Shown here in pieces: positions 48,401 to 61,227 of a DNA stretch of 64,000 bases (its first letter is position 1; the number at the start of each line of letters is the position of its first letter). The position numbers and the translations under genes were made by a program. The stretch spans positions 96,001-160,000 of the forward strand of contig CAWBNQ010000003.1 of the NCBI GenBank assembly GCA_963790205.1. Direction: 5' to 3'. Origin of the DNA: Nitrospirota bacterium (GTDB taxonomy: Bacteria > Nitrospirota > UBA9217). Below the pieces are notes generated by a model. That model was not told the origin of the DNA. It was given only the letters and a program-made list of their open reading frames with translations, and did no database searches.

Positions 48401-49558
48401 TTATTTTTTCCAGCCCGGGAAGGGCCAGATGGGCTTCTTGACGGCATCTTTGAGAGGCCAGACCGTCTCGTATCGTCCGTTCTGCACCTGCTCGACGAGC
48501 ATCTGGGCCTTTCTCTGGTTCCGGTATCCGTCGTAGTCCTGGAAACGGACCTCGCCGAGGATCCCGTTCCATTTTCCGCGCTGCAGCGCCTCACGCGTTT
48601 TTCCCCGATCGCCGCCTCCTGCCGCAGCGGCCTGTCCCAGGATCATCATCGACTCATAGGCGCAGGCCGCGTGATAGGTCGGCGGCTTGCCGAACTGTTT
48701 CACATAGCGTTGGTACCATGCCTTGGAGCCGGACCAGGGCGCGTCCTCGGTCCATTGGGTTGAGGAAAATACGCCGTGGCTGATGTCCTTCTCCTGCGCG
48801 AACTGGGCCACCGAGAAGCCTGCGCCTGCGCCGAGAAATGCCATGGGAGAGAGTCCGATCTCGCGCGATTGCCGCATCAGGAGGATGGCGTCAGCCGCAT
48901 AGGAAACCATGAATACGAGGTCAGGGTTCGTCGCCTTCACCTTGGCGAGCGTGGAACGGTAGTCGGGAGAACCCTTGGAGTAGGCCTCCTCGAAGACCAC
49001 CTTGATGCCTTTCTGCTCAGCGATCATCTTGGCGCTCTTTGCTCCTGAATTGCCGAAGTCCGTATTTTCATTCAGGATGGCAATGCTCCTGGGCTTGCCG
49101 AGGGTGGTGGCGAGATCGAGCAACACGCCTGCGTAGTCGCCCGTGGTGCCGGAAACGCGGAAGGTCCACTGGTAACCCTGCCGGGTGATCTCTTCTTTTG
49201 ACGCTGCCGGCACAACCAGAGGGACCTTGTATCGTTCTGCAATCTTGGCGTCGGCGTTGGCCGTGGCAGAGGTGTATGGGCCTACAATGCCGACTACGTT
49301 ATCGCGGGTGGCAAGCTTTTCGAAGGCGGCAAGTGATTTATCGGGTTTGCCCGTATCGTCCTCCTTGACCAGCTCCACGTCGATCCCCTTTTTCTTCAGG
49401 TCCTCGACGGCGAGGGTGACGCCGTTGGTCAGGTTCTCGCCGATGGGCGCTTCCGGTCCGGTGATCGAATTGATGAAACCGAGCTTCAGGCTTGCGGCCC
49501 GGGCAACGACGGGAATGGCAATAATCATTACCAAAATAACGATGAGCAATCGTTTCAT
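48401..49558 (-). CDS. Branched-chain amino acid ABC transporter substrate-binding protein (LivK/LivJ family)
   Basis: Signal peptide MKRLL..., ITGP.A..G, EDD.GKP, GPYTS; heads the liv operon. Confidence 0.9.
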   Translation of the reverse strand: MKRLLIVILVMIIAIPVVARAASLKLGFINSITGPEAPIGENLTNGVTLAVEDLKKKGIDVELVKEDDTGKPDKSLAAFEKLATRDNVVGIVGPYTSATANADAKIAERYKVPLVVPAASKEEITRQGYQWTFRVSGTTGDYAGVLLDLATTLGKPRSIAILNENTDFGNSGAKSAKMIAEQKGIKVVFEEAYSKGSPDYRSTLAKVKATNPDLVFMVSYAADAILLMRQSREIGLSPMAFLGAGAGFSVAQFAQEKDISHGVFSSTQWTEDAPWSGSKAWYQRYVKQFGKPPTYHAACAYESMMILGQAAAAGGGDRGKTREALQRGKWNGILGEVRFQDYDGYRNQRKAQMLVEQVQNGRYETVWPLKDAVKKPIWPFPGWKK

Positions 49559-49630
49559 GGTGACCTCCCTTGTAGTCCTCCTGTGGTTTGTGGCCATTGA
49601 AGCTGTTTAATCGGCTCACAGGGTAAAATT

Positions 49631-49700
49631 CCCCGCCGCTCGCGGCGGGGTAGTTTATTTCTAATCGCTAACCCCGCAGCAAGCTGCGGGGTTAGCGATT
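49631..49700. repeat. Two related perfect hairpins (9-bp and 18-bp stems)
   Basis: CCCCGCCGC-tc-GCGGCGGGG and AATCGCTAACCCCGCAGC-aa-GCTGCGGGGTTAGCGATT. Confidence 0.8.
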
Positions 49701-49726
49701 GCTTCTGGATTCATTGATACCTTGGC

Positions 49727-50494
49727 TCAATGTTGTCCGTTGCCGCACCCGCTTCCCGGCATCCGTGCTTTCAAAAATTCTCTATTCAATTTCGCGATAA
49801 ACTTCACCTTGATACCCTTGGGGCATACAGACTCGCATTCGTAGTGATTGCCGCAGTTGCCGAAGCCCTGACGGAGCATCTCCTCGGTCATGACGCAGAC
49901 GCGCCGGCCGGCCTCGATCTTCCCTTGCGGCAGCACGGCGAGGTGCGATACTTTAGCGGCAGTGAAGAGCATGGCCGAACCGTTGGGGCAGGCTGCAACG
50001 CAGGCTCCGCAGCCGATGCACTCGGCAGCGTCCATAGCCGTATCGGCATCGCGCTTGGGAATCAGGATGGCGTTGCCGTCTGGCACGCCGCCTGTGCGGA
50101 CCGAGACATATCCGCCGGACTGAATGATCTTGTCTAAGGCGCTCCGGTCCACGATCAGGTCCTTGATCACGGGAAATGCCTTTGCGCGGAAGGGCTCGAT
50201 GTAGATCGTGTCGCCGTCCTTGAAGTGGCGCATATGGAGCTGGCAGACCGTGGTTTTTTCCCGCGGGCCGTGGGGCACGCCGTTCACGACCTGGCCGCAG
50301 GTACCGCAGATGCCCTCGCGACAGTCGCTGTCGAACGCGACGGGCTCCTCGTCTTTTTTGACCAGGCCCTCGTTCACCACGTCGAGCATCTCGAGGAAGG
50401 ACATGTCCTGCGAGATGCCCTGTGCGTCATAGCGTTCAAGTTTGCCCTTGTCCTTCGGCCCTTTCTGGCGCCAGACGTAGAGAGTAAGGTTCAT
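49727..50494 (-). CDS. sdhB: Succinate dehydrogenase/fumarate reductase iron-sulfur subunit
   Basis: [33 protein letters not shown]. Confidence 0.95.
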   Translation of the reverse strand: MNLTLYVWRQKGPKDKGKLERYDAQGISQDMSFLEMLDVVNEGLVKKDEEPVAFDSDCREGICGTCGQVVNGVPHGPREKTTVCQLHMRHFKDGDTIYIEPFRAKAFPVIKDLIVDRSALDKIIQSGGYVSVRTGGVPDGNAILIPKRDADTAMDAAECIGCGACVAACPNGSAMLFTAAKVSHLAVLPQGKIEAGRRVCVMTEEMLRQGFGNCGNHYECESVCPKGIKVKFIAKLNREFLKARMPGSGCGNGQH

Positions 50495-50507
50495 ATGGCA
50501 TCCTGTC

Positions 50508-50590
50508 CGTCATTCCGGGCTTGACCCGGAATCCAGCGACTTTGCCGTGGTAAAGAAAAGCACTGGATTCCCGCATTCGCGGGAATGACG
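50508..50590. repeat. REPIN-like pair of palindromes (GTCATTCC...GGAATGAC family)
   Basis: CGTCATTCCGGGCTTGACCCGGAATCCAG ... CTGGATTCCCGCATTCGCGGGAATGACG. Confidence 0.85.
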
Positions 50591-50596
50591 AAAAAA

Positions 50597-52510
<1,914 letters not shown>

Positions 52511-52583
52511 AATGATTGAAGTTTTGAATTTAAGTTCTTCGATATTATTCGGAATTTAGGAATTCGTGCTTCGGATTTCTTTG

Positions 52584-53264
52584 TCACTTCAATATCCCCA
52601 TCACAATCGAAATCGGTATTGTCGCATACCAGAGAAAGAGGATGATCGATGCGGTCATACCTGTTTTTTCCACCACCGGGAGCGTCCGGTCGTTGTTCAA
52701 TCCCCAGGTCTGAATGGAGCTCTGTATCCCGTGGTAAAGATGCAAGAGCAGGGCGACGAGGGAAGCAACATAAACAAGCGAGATGTCGATGTGCCGGAAG
52801 CTCCGGACGACCATCATGAACACGTCGGGTCTGCCGAGACTGTCGGGATGCGCGTCCGCGGCGATAGAGGGGTTTGTGACCTGGAAAGTAAAGTGCAGAA
52901 GATGGTAGATGAGAAAGGTAATAAGGAAAGCGCCTGTCCAGATCATGTTCCGGCCGGCGAAGGTGGCGTTGAGGTAATGAGTGAGCGCGTACGCCTGAGG
53001 TTTTGCTGAATGGTTTTCGAGCTTCAACATCGTGCCATACCATATATGGAAGGCAAAGGCCGCGACCAGGACGGCGCGCCCCCCCCAGACAAAAACCGGC
53101 AGGCCGTACAGGCTGACGACATAGGCATTGAGCTTGTGAAAGAAAATGGAGGAGTTGCCGACAACGTGAAAGATGACGAAGATGACCAGTATCTGGCCGG
53201 TTATCGCCATGACGATCTTTCTGCCGACGGAGCTTTCAAGAAAGTGCGTCGCTCTGTTATACAT
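52584..53264 (-). CDS. sdhC: Succinate dehydrogenase cytochrome b subunit
   Basis: SSVGRKIVMAITG, five TM helices with His ligands (FH, FHI, YHL.H, HL.HG). Confidence 0.92.
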   Translation of the reverse strand: MYNRATHFLESSVGRKIVMAITGQILVIFVIFHVVGNSSIFFHKLNAYVVSLYGLPVFVWGGRAVLVAAFAFHIWYGTMLKLENHSAKPQAYALTHYLNATFAGRNMIWTGAFLITFLIYHLLHFTFQVTNPSIAADAHPDSLGRPDVFMMVVRSFRHIDISLVYVASLVALLLHLYHGIQSSIQTWGLNNDRTLPVVEKTGMTASIILFLWYATIPISIVMGILK

Positions 53265-53577
53265 ATGATCCCACAGAAGCTGATAGCCGTCTTCGATACA
53301 TCATTGCATGCGGCGCCATCATTTGTACGCTCATGAGGAAAGCCGATCCCCGGGAAGCCAACCGGAAGGTTGCATGGTATGGATCAAATTATACCTGCTT
53401 CGCCGTATTTTTGCATCAGGAATGTGCGAAGTCCTAAAAAGCATGACGTGCCGGCATTACTTCATTAGGAAAATCGCAAAATGTTCATGCATACCTTAGG
53501 TCGTAGTATGGTACAATAATAGTTAATTGCTGGACGGACCGCTTACATGACGGCTTACTGAGATCTGCAATGCGCTT

Positions 53578-54492
53578 ATGAGAATTCCGGTTGTCTCTAC
53601 GATACTTATTCTGCTCATCCTGGCAAATGGGGAGGTCGCGCTTTCTGCGACAGCCGCTCCCGTGGAAGTGGGGCCGATTCAGGTCGCTCCTAAGACCACG
53701 CTGGTCGGACAGCACCCGAGAATCACGGCAGAGGTCAAGCGAACCACGTTAGCGACCCCCCAGCAGTCCCTTGTAGTCAATGTCATCGCAGTCGTGGTTC
53801 TTCCTGACAACAGGACCAAATCGTGGATTTGGAAAAACGTGGTCCTGGCTCGCGGCGCAGCAAAGGAATTCTCTCCTCCCGATGAATATGACGTCACGCT
53901 TGCCGGGAAATACAAGATCGAGTTTCACGTCTACAGCGCCGATATGCGCCGTCGTTTCGGAACCCGCTCGACGACTTTTTCCGTGATCCCTCCTTCGCTC
54001 CCGGCTGAGCATAAGGTGCCGGCACGTGCGGAGGCTCCGCCGCACCGTGTCGCGGAACGGGGCTCCTTCGGCGTCGGACTCTATGGCAACATGCTGAACC
54101 CGGCCGGCGGGGCGACGCTCATGCTGTGGCCCTTTCAGAACGTCGGGTTGCAGGGAACGTACACGGTCGGGATCTTTACGACCTACGAGGCTCGACTGCT
54201 GGCGAAGCTCGAACTCCCTTCGAGATACAATCCCTATATCGGGGCGGGATATCTGAGCGTCTCCAAAGAGACGGACATCATCGGCATCACGACGGAATTC
54301 CGGGACAAAGGCGTCAGCGGCGTGATCGGCGTCGAGATTCCACTCGGCCGCAGCACATTCGGCTATGTTGAGGTAAGCGGAAATGCGATCCATCTGCAAA
54401 AGATCGTCACGAACGGAATGCAGACGGTGAAATCCACCGTGAAATATATTCCCGCTACCATCGGCGTTGGCATTGTCTATTACCTGTTCTGA
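53578..54492 (+). CDS. Exported hypothetical protein; Ig-like N-domain and small outer-membrane beta-barrel-like C-domain
   Basis: Signal peptide; NPYIGAG, alternating beta strands, terminal YYLF. Confidence 0.65.
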   Translation: MRIPVVSTILILLILANGEVALSATAAPVEVGPIQVAPKTTLVGQHPRITAEVKRTTLATPQQSLVVNVIAVVVLPDNRTKSWIWKNVVLARGAAKEFSPPDEYDVTLAGKYKIEFHVYSADMRRRFGTRSTTFSVIPPSLPAEHKVPARAEAPPHRVAERGSFGVGLYGNMLNPAGGATLMLWPFQNVGLQGTYTVGIFTTYEARLLAKLELPSRYNPYIGAGYLSVSKETDIIGITTEFRDKGVSGVIGVEIPLGRSTFGYVEVSGNAIHLQKIVTNGMQTVKSTVKYIPATIGVGIVYYLF

Positions 54493-54565
54493 TGCGCCTC
54501 AGGCGCTTGACGCCATGGGTTATCAATGCTTTCCTTCGTCCCGTACGATTGTGACTTCGAGGCTT

Positions 54566-55957
54566 TTAATCCTCTCCAGCGCCCCCGGTCATTTTCTTCG
54601 GATCGAGGAGCCTGTCCAGTTCCTCTTTCGACAGATCCGTCATTTCTGCAGCGACATCTTTTAATGAACGTCCTGCCGCATAGGCCTTCTTCGCGATCTC
54701 TGCCGCCTGGTCGTAGCCGATAACGGGATTCAGGGCAGTGACAAGGATCGGGTTCTTATCCACCAAGCCGGCAATACGCTCCCGATTCACGGTGAAGCCC
54801 GCTATTGCCTTGTCGGCAAGGAGCCACGCGGCGTTGCCCAGGATCGTGATGGACTGGAGCAGGTTATGGGCGATGCAGGGGAGCATCACATTGAGCTCGA
54901 AATTGCCCTGCTGGTTGCAGGTTGTGATGGCAGTATCGTTTCCCGTCACCTGGGCCGAGACCATCATCACCATCTCGCACATGACAGGGTTCACCTTGCC
55001 GGGCATGATGCTCGAACCGGGTTGAAGAGCAGGGAGCCTGATCTCGCCGAACCCCGCGAGCGGTCCGCTGTTCATCAGCCGGAGGTCGTTGGCCATCTTC
55101 ATAAACGACGATGCCGCGGTTTTGAGGTGCCCGGAGAGCTCCACCGCCGTGTCCATCGCGGCCTGGGCCGCGAAGTGATTATCCGTCTCAACAAAGGGGA
55201 ACTGGGTGCGCTGCGAGATCTTGTCAGCAACACGCGCGCCGAACCCGGGAGGAGCATTGATGCCCGTGCCCACGGCTGTGCCGCCGAGCGCCAGCCTTGC
55301 CAGCCGCGGCAGGCAGGATTCGATGCGTTCGATAGCCTGCGCGACCTGGTAGGCCCAGCCGCTGATCTCCTGGCTCAAGCGGACCGGCGTGGCGTCCATC
55401 AAATGCGTCCGGCCTGTCTTGACGATATCGTGAAGCGCGGATTCCCGCTGCTTGAGCGTTTTGTGGAGGTGCTTCAATGACGGCAGCAGCACGTCGTTCA
55501 CCTCGAGATAGGCGCTCACGTGGATCGCCGAAGGGATGACGTCGTTGGAGGACTGGCCCCTGTTCACATCGTTGTTCGGATGGACCTTCGCTCCTGCGGC
55601 GCCGAGGATCCGCATGGCGCGGCTGGCGATCACCTCGTTGGCATTCATGTTCGTGGACGTGGCCGATCCGGTCTGGAAGATGTCGAGCGGAAAGTGGTCG
55701 TCCCAGGCGCCGTCGGCAACTTCCTGGGCCGCCTGCCGGACCGCCTGCGCCGTCGCGGGAGCGAGCAGGCCCAGCTCCGCGTTCACTTCGGCCGCCGAGG
55801 CCTTGATGAGCCCGAGGGCCCTTATAAAGACGCGCGGAAAGCGCAGGCCGCTTACGGGGAAGTTGTCGATCGCCCGCTGTGTCTGCGCCCCGTAGAGCGC
55901 GTCCGACGGCACCTTTACTTCACCGAGGGAGTCTTGTTCGATGCGATAGTCGGTCAT
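54566..55957 (-). CDS. fumC: Class II fumarate hydratase
   Basis: RIE.DSLG, QTGS.TSTNMNANE, QSSND, GRTHLMDA, GSSIMPGKVNP. Confidence 0.96.
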   Translation of the reverse strand: MTDYRIEQDSLGEVKVPSDALYGAQTQRAIDNFPVSGLRFPRVFIRALGLIKASAAEVNAELGLLAPATAQAVRQAAQEVADGAWDDHFPLDIFQTGSATSTNMNANEVIASRAMRILGAAGAKVHPNNDVNRGQSSNDVIPSAIHVSAYLEVNDVLLPSLKHLHKTLKQRESALHDIVKTGRTHLMDATPVRLSQEISGWAYQVAQAIERIESCLPRLARLALGGTAVGTGINAPPGFGARVADKISQRTQFPFVETDNHFAAQAAMDTAVELSGHLKTAASSFMKMANDLRLMNSGPLAGFGEIRLPALQPGSSIMPGKVNPVMCEMVMMVSAQVTGNDTAITTCNQQGNFELNVMLPCIAHNLLQSITILGNAAWLLADKAIAGFTVNRERIAGLVDKNPILVTALNPVIGYDQAAEIAKKAYAAGRSLKDVAAEMTDLSKEELDRLLDPKKMTGGAGED

Positions 55958-56351
55958 ATTTTAATCCGGACGAGCCGGAAGAAATAGCGCTGAGAGCTCA
56001 CCGGTCGTGCATTCTGGAGTGAGCGCATTCCCCGCTGATGCCTATTACGAACGAACCTTCATGTGCAGCAGGGAGCTTCAATTAAGTCTGAATAAGGAAG
56101 CTGTCAGCCATGAGCTACGAGCCGGTTGCCTTCTTGGAGTCCCGAGCGTGTCGGTGGCAGAAAAGTTTTTTAAGAATCATGGTTTCAATTATACCCGCAA
56201 AGGCCGGATTTTGCATTGTCTTTTTTTTATGAACTATCAAGTTTAAAATGCAGCAGGGAGGCGATTTCACCTCTTTTCCACGACCATGCCATTGACCAAA
56301 GCGGGAATTGACACTATAATGAAACAAGAATAATCACTCAAGAGGTTTGTT

Positions 56352-57773
56352 ATGGAGGTTTGTGTGAACGGCGTCTGCAGTCCCAGCCCCAGTTACAGCA
56401 TTACCATACGGGTGGAGATCGAGAACCGCATCGGCATGTTCGCGAGGATCGCCACGGCCATCGGCAGCGCGGGCGGCGATATGGGCGCAGTGGACATCGT
56501 GCGCGTGGAGAAAGGCAAGATCATCAGGGACATTACCGCGAATGCCCGCGATGAGGAGCATGAAAGGGACATCGTCAGGGCCATCAAGGCCGTGGGAGGT
56601 GTGAAAGTTCTCCGGGTCATGGACCGCACCTTCCTCTCGCACCAGGGCGGGAAGATCGAAATCAAAAACAAGCTGCCGGTGCGGGACCGGAACGACCTCT
56701 CCCAGGTCTACACGCCGGGTGTGGCGCGGGTGTGCATGGACATCCATCGCCATACCGAGCATGCGTACCGCTACACCATCAAGGGAAATTCCGTGGCCGT
56801 CGTGTCCGACGGGACCGCGGTACTCGGCCTGGGCGACATCGGGCCCGAGGCGGCCCTTCCGGTGATGGAAGGCAAGGCCATGATCTTCAAGGAGTTCGCC
56901 GGCATCGATGCTTTTCCGATCGTGCTCGCGACCCAGGATGTCGGCGAGATCGTGTCGACGGTAAAAAACATCGCACCCGCATTCGGCGGCATCAACCTCG
57001 AAGACATCTCCGCTCCCCGCTGCTTTGAGGTCGAAGCGCGGCTCCGGAAGCTCCTTCGCATCCCTGTTTTCCATGATGATCAGCACGGCACATCCGTGGT
57101 CGTCCTTTCCGCGCTCATCAATGTCTCGCGCCTGCTGAAGCGCGACCTCAGGAAGTTTAAGGTCGTTGTCGTGGGGGCTGGTGCTGCGGGAACGGCTACG
57201 GCGAAGATCCTCCTCGCTTCGGGGGTGAAGGACATCATCGTCTGCGACCGGGCAGGGGCGCTTTATGCAGGCAGGAAACAGGGTATGGACCCCGCCAAGC
57301 GCGAGCTTGCGAAACTGACGAATCCCCGCAGGGTAAAAGGGAGCATCGCCGAAGCGATGCGAGGGGCGCAGGTATTCATCGGCTTGTCCGCACCGAACGT
57401 GATCACCCCCGACGACATCCGGCGGATGGGCAAAGACCCGGTGGTCTTCGCGCTGGCCAATCCCGATCCCGAGATCTCGCCCGAGGAGGCCCAGTCGCTC
57501 GTTCGTATCATCGCGACAGGACGCTCCGACTATCCGAACCAGATCAACAACATGCTCGGCTTTCCCGGAATTTTCCGGGGCCTGCTCGACGTGCGGGCAC
57601 AAGGCGTGAACGAGGCGGTGAAGCTCGCTGCCGCCCGCGCCATCGCCCATACGGTCGTGACCGGCGAGCTGCACGAAGACTACATCATTCCGAGCATCTT
57701 CGACCGTTCAGTCGTCGCCTCCGTGGCTGCAGCCGTTGCCGAAGCGGCGAGGAAAACAGGACTGGCGGAATAA
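56352..57773 (+). CDS. NAD(P)-dependent malic enzyme with N-terminal ACT domain
   Basis: YTPGVA, DGTAVLGLG, MEGKA, NLEDI, HDDQHGT, GAGAAG, GRSDYPNQINN. Confidence 0.94.
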   Translation: MEVCVNGVCSPSPSYSITIRVEIENRIGMFARIATAIGSAGGDMGAVDIVRVEKGKIIRDITANARDEEHERDIVRAIKAVGGVKVLRVMDRTFLSHQGGKIEIKNKLPVRDRNDLSQVYTPGVARVCMDIHRHTEHAYRYTIKGNSVAVVSDGTAVLGLGDIGPEAALPVMEGKAMIFKEFAGIDAFPIVLATQDVGEIVSTVKNIAPAFGGINLEDISAPRCFEVEARLRKLLRIPVFHDDQHGTSVVVLSALINVSRLLKRDLRKFKVVVVGAGAAGTATAKILLASGVKDIIVCDRAGALYAGRKQGMDPAKRELAKLTNPRRVKGSIAEAMRGAQVFIGLSAPNVITPDDIRRMGKDPVVFALANPDPEISPEEAQSLVRIIATGRSDYPNQINNMLGFPGIFRGLLDVRAQGVNEAVKLAAARAIAHTVVTGELHEDYIIPSIFDRSVVASVAAAVAEAARKTGLAE

Positions 57774-57879
57774 CAGGGGTCAGGGGACAGGGCTCAGGGT
57801 TCAGAAAATCAGACAACCTGGTTCTCTGTCCGGCGGGATTCATCCTGTACCCTGCCCCCCGTACCCTGAACCCGGATAC
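57774..57879. repeat. Inverted arrays of heptamers (CAGGGxx ... CTGxxCC)
   Basis: caggggt cagggga cagggct cagggtt ... ctgtacc ctgcccc ccgtacc ctgaacc. Confidence 0.75.
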
Positions 57880-57889
57880 GAGGTAATGC

Positions 57890-59161
57890 ATGAACCGCGA
57901 TCATGAACGCCTCCACCGCGACGAGAAAGACCTCCGCAGCCTCGGCATGACCGAGCTGCAGGAAATCTACGCCGACCTCGCCCTCTCGAGGGAAGAGCTC
58001 GACCTTCTGTCCGCCCCGCGCCGTTCCTTCACCGTGAGCTTCCCCGTGAAGATGCCCTCCGGGAGAACACAGATGTTCACGGGCCACCGGGTGCAGTACA
58101 ACGACGCCCGCGGGCCGTCAAAGGGCGGCATCCGTTTTCATCCCGAGATGACCCTGGAGCACACGAGCGAGCTGGCCTTCCTCATGGCCCTCAAGTGCGC
58201 GGTAGTGAACATCCCCTTCGGCGGATCAAAGGGCGGCGTTGTCGTCGATCCCCTGAAACTGAGCCAGGGCGAGTTGGAGCTCGTGACGCGCGGCTACATC
58301 CGCGCGATCGCTGATTTCATCGGGCCGTTTAAGGACATTCCCGCGCCCGATGTCTACACCGACGAGCACATCATGGCATGGATCCTCGATGAATACGAAC
58401 GCATTAAACGAGAGCACATCCCTGCCGTGGTGACGGGCAAGCCGCCCGAGCTGGGCGGCATCCATGTGCGGCGCTACTCCACCGCCCTGGGCGGCGTCCA
58501 TGTGCTGGAGCAGGCCATGAAGGAGCGCGGCATGGAGGCCCGCGGTACGCGCGTGGCGGTGCAGGGCTTCGGGAACGTGGGCGAGAATGCAGCCCGCATC
58601 CTCCATCACTGGGGATACACCGTCGTTGCCGTAAGCGACGTGAACGGCGGCATCCTGAACCCGGAGGGCCTCGATATCACTTCGCTCAGGCGTTACAAGA
58701 ACAAGACCGGAACCGTCGTCGGGTTCGAGGACACGAAAAGCATCACGAATGCCGAGCTTCTCACGAATGATTGCGATATCCTGATCCCTGCCGCCCTGTC
58801 GAACCAACTCAACGAAAACAACGCTGGGGCCGTCAAAGCAAAGATCGTTCTCGAGCTCGCCAACGCCCCCTCGACAGCTGCGGCGGACGATATTTTGTTT
58901 GGAAGGGACGTCATGGTCGTGCCCGACATACTCGCCAATGCCGGCGGCGTGGTGGTGAGCTATTTCGAATGGAGCCAGAACCTGAGCAATGATTACTGGA
59001 CGGAGCCCAAGGTCCTCGAGAAACTGAAGCAGACCATGATCACCGCATTCAACGACGTTCACGCCCTCTGCAAGGAAACGCAGTGCAGGCTCAGGAAGGC
59101 CGCGTACCAGCTCGCCGTGAAACGCATCCTCTATGCCGAGCGGTTGCGGGGAAACCTGTAA
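57890..59161 (+). CDS. gdhA: Glu/Leu/Phe/Val dehydrogenase (glutamate dehydrogenase-like)
   Basis: GP.KGGIRFHP, PFGGSKGG, DIPAPD, TGKP, QGFGNVG, NAGGV.VSYFEW. Confidence 0.9.
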   Translation: MNRDHERLHRDEKDLRSLGMTELQEIYADLALSREELDLLSAPRRSFTVSFPVKMPSGRTQMFTGHRVQYNDARGPSKGGIRFHPEMTLEHTSELAFLMALKCAVVNIPFGGSKGGVVVDPLKLSQGELELVTRGYIRAIADFIGPFKDIPAPDVYTDEHIMAWILDEYERIKREHIPAVVTGKPPELGGIHVRRYSTALGGVHVLEQAMKERGMEARGTRVAVQGFGNVGENAARILHHWGYTVVAVSDVNGGILNPEGLDITSLRRYKNKTGTVVGFEDTKSITNAELLTNDCDILIPAALSNQLNENNAGAVKAKIVLELANAPSTAAADDILFGRDVMVVPDILANAGGVVVSYFEWSQNLSNDYWTEPKVLEKLKQTMITAFNDVHALCKETQCRLRKAAYQLAVKRILYAERLRGNL

Positions 59162-59507
59162 GGATTTTCTCCCTCGGGGACGGCGGGGGTCGCAGGGCAA
59201 TCCGCTGATTGTGGCAAAAAGGTAACAATCCTAACACCGGGGCCCGCATTTTGCCCGAAATCAATCCTGCCAAGGCATCTCATGCATGTTGTCAGCTTCG
59301 GGATTTTTTAACCGCACGTTGATATATCCTTCTGATAAATAAACAAATTAAGCAAGAACAATTCTTGTCCGCTCCTTTTTTGCCCGACATTCGTTTTGCA
59401 GGCACAAAAATTGCGTTATAATACTATAAGAATGTCTTATATCGGGCCGGAATACCCGGGGATCCCGGCATGTGCTGCTGTACGAAGTGTGCGCTCAGGA
59501 GGTAGAA

Positions 59508-59855
59508 ATGGAAGATTATCTGAACAGCAAAGGTCTTTGCCATGTATGCAGAGAGGAACTGACGACGATCCATGTGGAGGCGGCTCCGGGGCTGGAGATC
59601 TTTGTCTGCGAGAAGTGTCTGGAGAGCGCGAAGCAGAACTTTATCTGGATCTGCATGCACTGCGGCAATGTGTACATCAGGCCGAAGTCGTCCGTGCTTA
59701 AGAGGCTCAGCGAGCCCGGGCTCAAGCAGGCCTACTATCAGTGCGAGGACCTGCAGATCATCCAGGGGATCGACCGGTGTATCGAATGCGGACCCGACGA
59801 GATCGTGGAATATGTTGCAGCGGCAAAGAGTGAAAAATGCGGCGGGCATTGCTGA
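59508..59855 (+). CDS. Small Cys-rich hypothetical protein (four CxxC)
   Basis: AGGAGG RBS; CHVC, CEKC, CMHC, CIEC. Confidence 0.75.
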   Translation: MEDYLNSKGLCHVCREELTTIHVEAAPGLEIFVCEKCLESAKQNFIWICMHCGNVYIRPKSSVLKRLSEPGLKQAYYQCEDLQIIQGIDRCIECGPDEIVEYVAAAKSEKCGGHC

Positions 59856-60002
59856 CGGGCGCGGAAGTCACTGCTCGGGAAACACACATGATCCGGCCCC
59901 CCATAAAAACAGGTTAATCCCTTTCGCCTCGGTCCTCTTCCCCGGTGGGGGAGAAGGCAGGGGTGAGCTGTATTTTCGGAAGGAAAGCGCAGGTGATGCG
60001 GT

Positions 60003-60452
60003 ATGAAAAAAAGGCTGGCTGAACAGTTCAGCCGGGAAGTGGAGAGCTACCGGACGGCGCTTCTCTTTTGCGCAAGGAAAAACGACTGGGAAGAATTCAA
60101 AGCAAAGGCAGGGAAGCTGTTCGATTACGTGGAAACCATCGAACGCGTTGAACTCGAAAAAAGGTTCTTTTCGGTCTTCTCCGGCATTCTTGCCGCGCTG
60201 GTGCTGACCGTTATCGCCCTCTTCAGCGTAAACTTCGAGGTCAGCCCGGAATCGATGAGGCTGAAGAACACGGTACTGTTCACTGCCATCGCGGCGAGCA
60301 CGTTAGAGCTGTACTTCTATATTAACTACCGTACATACGCCGGCGTCAGGACTTCTCTTTACAAGGAGCGGCGCGAGAACTTCATCAAGAACATCGAACA
60401 AGATTTCCGGAGTTTCGATCTCCAGAAACGAGGCGGCGAACTGACCCCTTAG
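60003..60452 (+). CDS. Hypothetical membrane protein (two TM helices)
   Basis: 149-aa ORF, AGGTG RBS, two hydrophobic segments. Confidence 0.7.
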   Translation: MKKRLAEQFSREVESYRTALLFCARKNDWEEFKAKAGKLFDYVETIERVELEKRFFSVFSGILAALVLTVIALFSVNFEVSPESMRLKNTVLFTAIAASTLELYFYINYRTYAGVRTSLYKERRENFIKNIEQDFRSFDLQKRGGELTP

Positions 60453-60651
60453 AACGAGGAGACAGTTCTCGTCCGTCATGTTGTTTCAGCGTCAATCTGC
60501 CCAAAGATTCTTTCTCCTGGTCTTCCGGGTGCGGCTAGATTTCAGTTCTAAAAGCAGCACTCCTCCTCTCAGCAGCATTCTTCCCCATCAGCAGGTCTTG
60601 AGGCCCGAGCTCTTCTTAAAAATATATCCTCTTCTATGATACAATATACGT

Positions 60652-61227
60652 ATGGAAAGACATGATGAACTGAAAAAGAAGACGAAGGCGGATCCCGTGT
60701 CGCCTGACCCGGTCGAGGAAATAATGCCTTCCGAATACCTGGGGGAAGTGAAGGACCATATCAAAAACGGGAAGCCTCTTCATGCCTACAGTCTCGCTAC
60801 AGAGGCTGTTTCGAAGTATCCCGAGAACCCCCTCCTCCTTTCCTATTACGGTCATCTTCAGGCTCTGGCGGTCGCCAAGTATCGGACCGGCATTGAAACC
60901 TGCAAGAGGGCCATCGCGTTAGCAGGGGAGCGAGGATTGTTCGGGGAAGAGGCGCTTTATGCTGTGTTATATCTCAATCTCGGCAGGACATACCTTGCAG
61001 CGGGCATGAAGCAGGATGCGATCGATTCTTTCCGGAAGGGGCTCAAATTCAACAGCCAGAACATTGAGCTCCTGAAGGAATTGCGGGGAATGGGGACGAG
61101 GAAAGAAACGCCCGTGGCCTTTCTTGGCCGCTCGAACCCGATCAATAAATATCTCGGCAAGGTCCTTCACACGACAGGGAATAGACACTGGGGAGGGCAG
61201 AGAAGCAGGGGTCACGGTGCGCGGTGA
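60652..61227 (+). CDS. TPR-containing protein
   Basis: YPENPLLLSYYG, LYLNLGRTYL, AIDSFRKGL. Confidence 0.75.
   Translation: MERHDELKKKTKADPVSPDPVEEIMPSEYLGEVKDHIKNGKPLHAYSLATEAVSKYPENPLLLSYYGHLQALAVAKYRTGIETCKRAIALAGERGLFGEEALYAVLYLNLGRTYLAAGMKQDAIDSFRKGLKFNSQNIELLKELRGMGTRKETPVAFLGRSNPINKYLGKVLHTTGNRHWGGQRSRGHGAR

Noticed and set aside
57776..57785. GGGGTCAGG as another transposase IR copy
   Set aside because: The match stops after about 8 nt and is explained by the local heptamer array.
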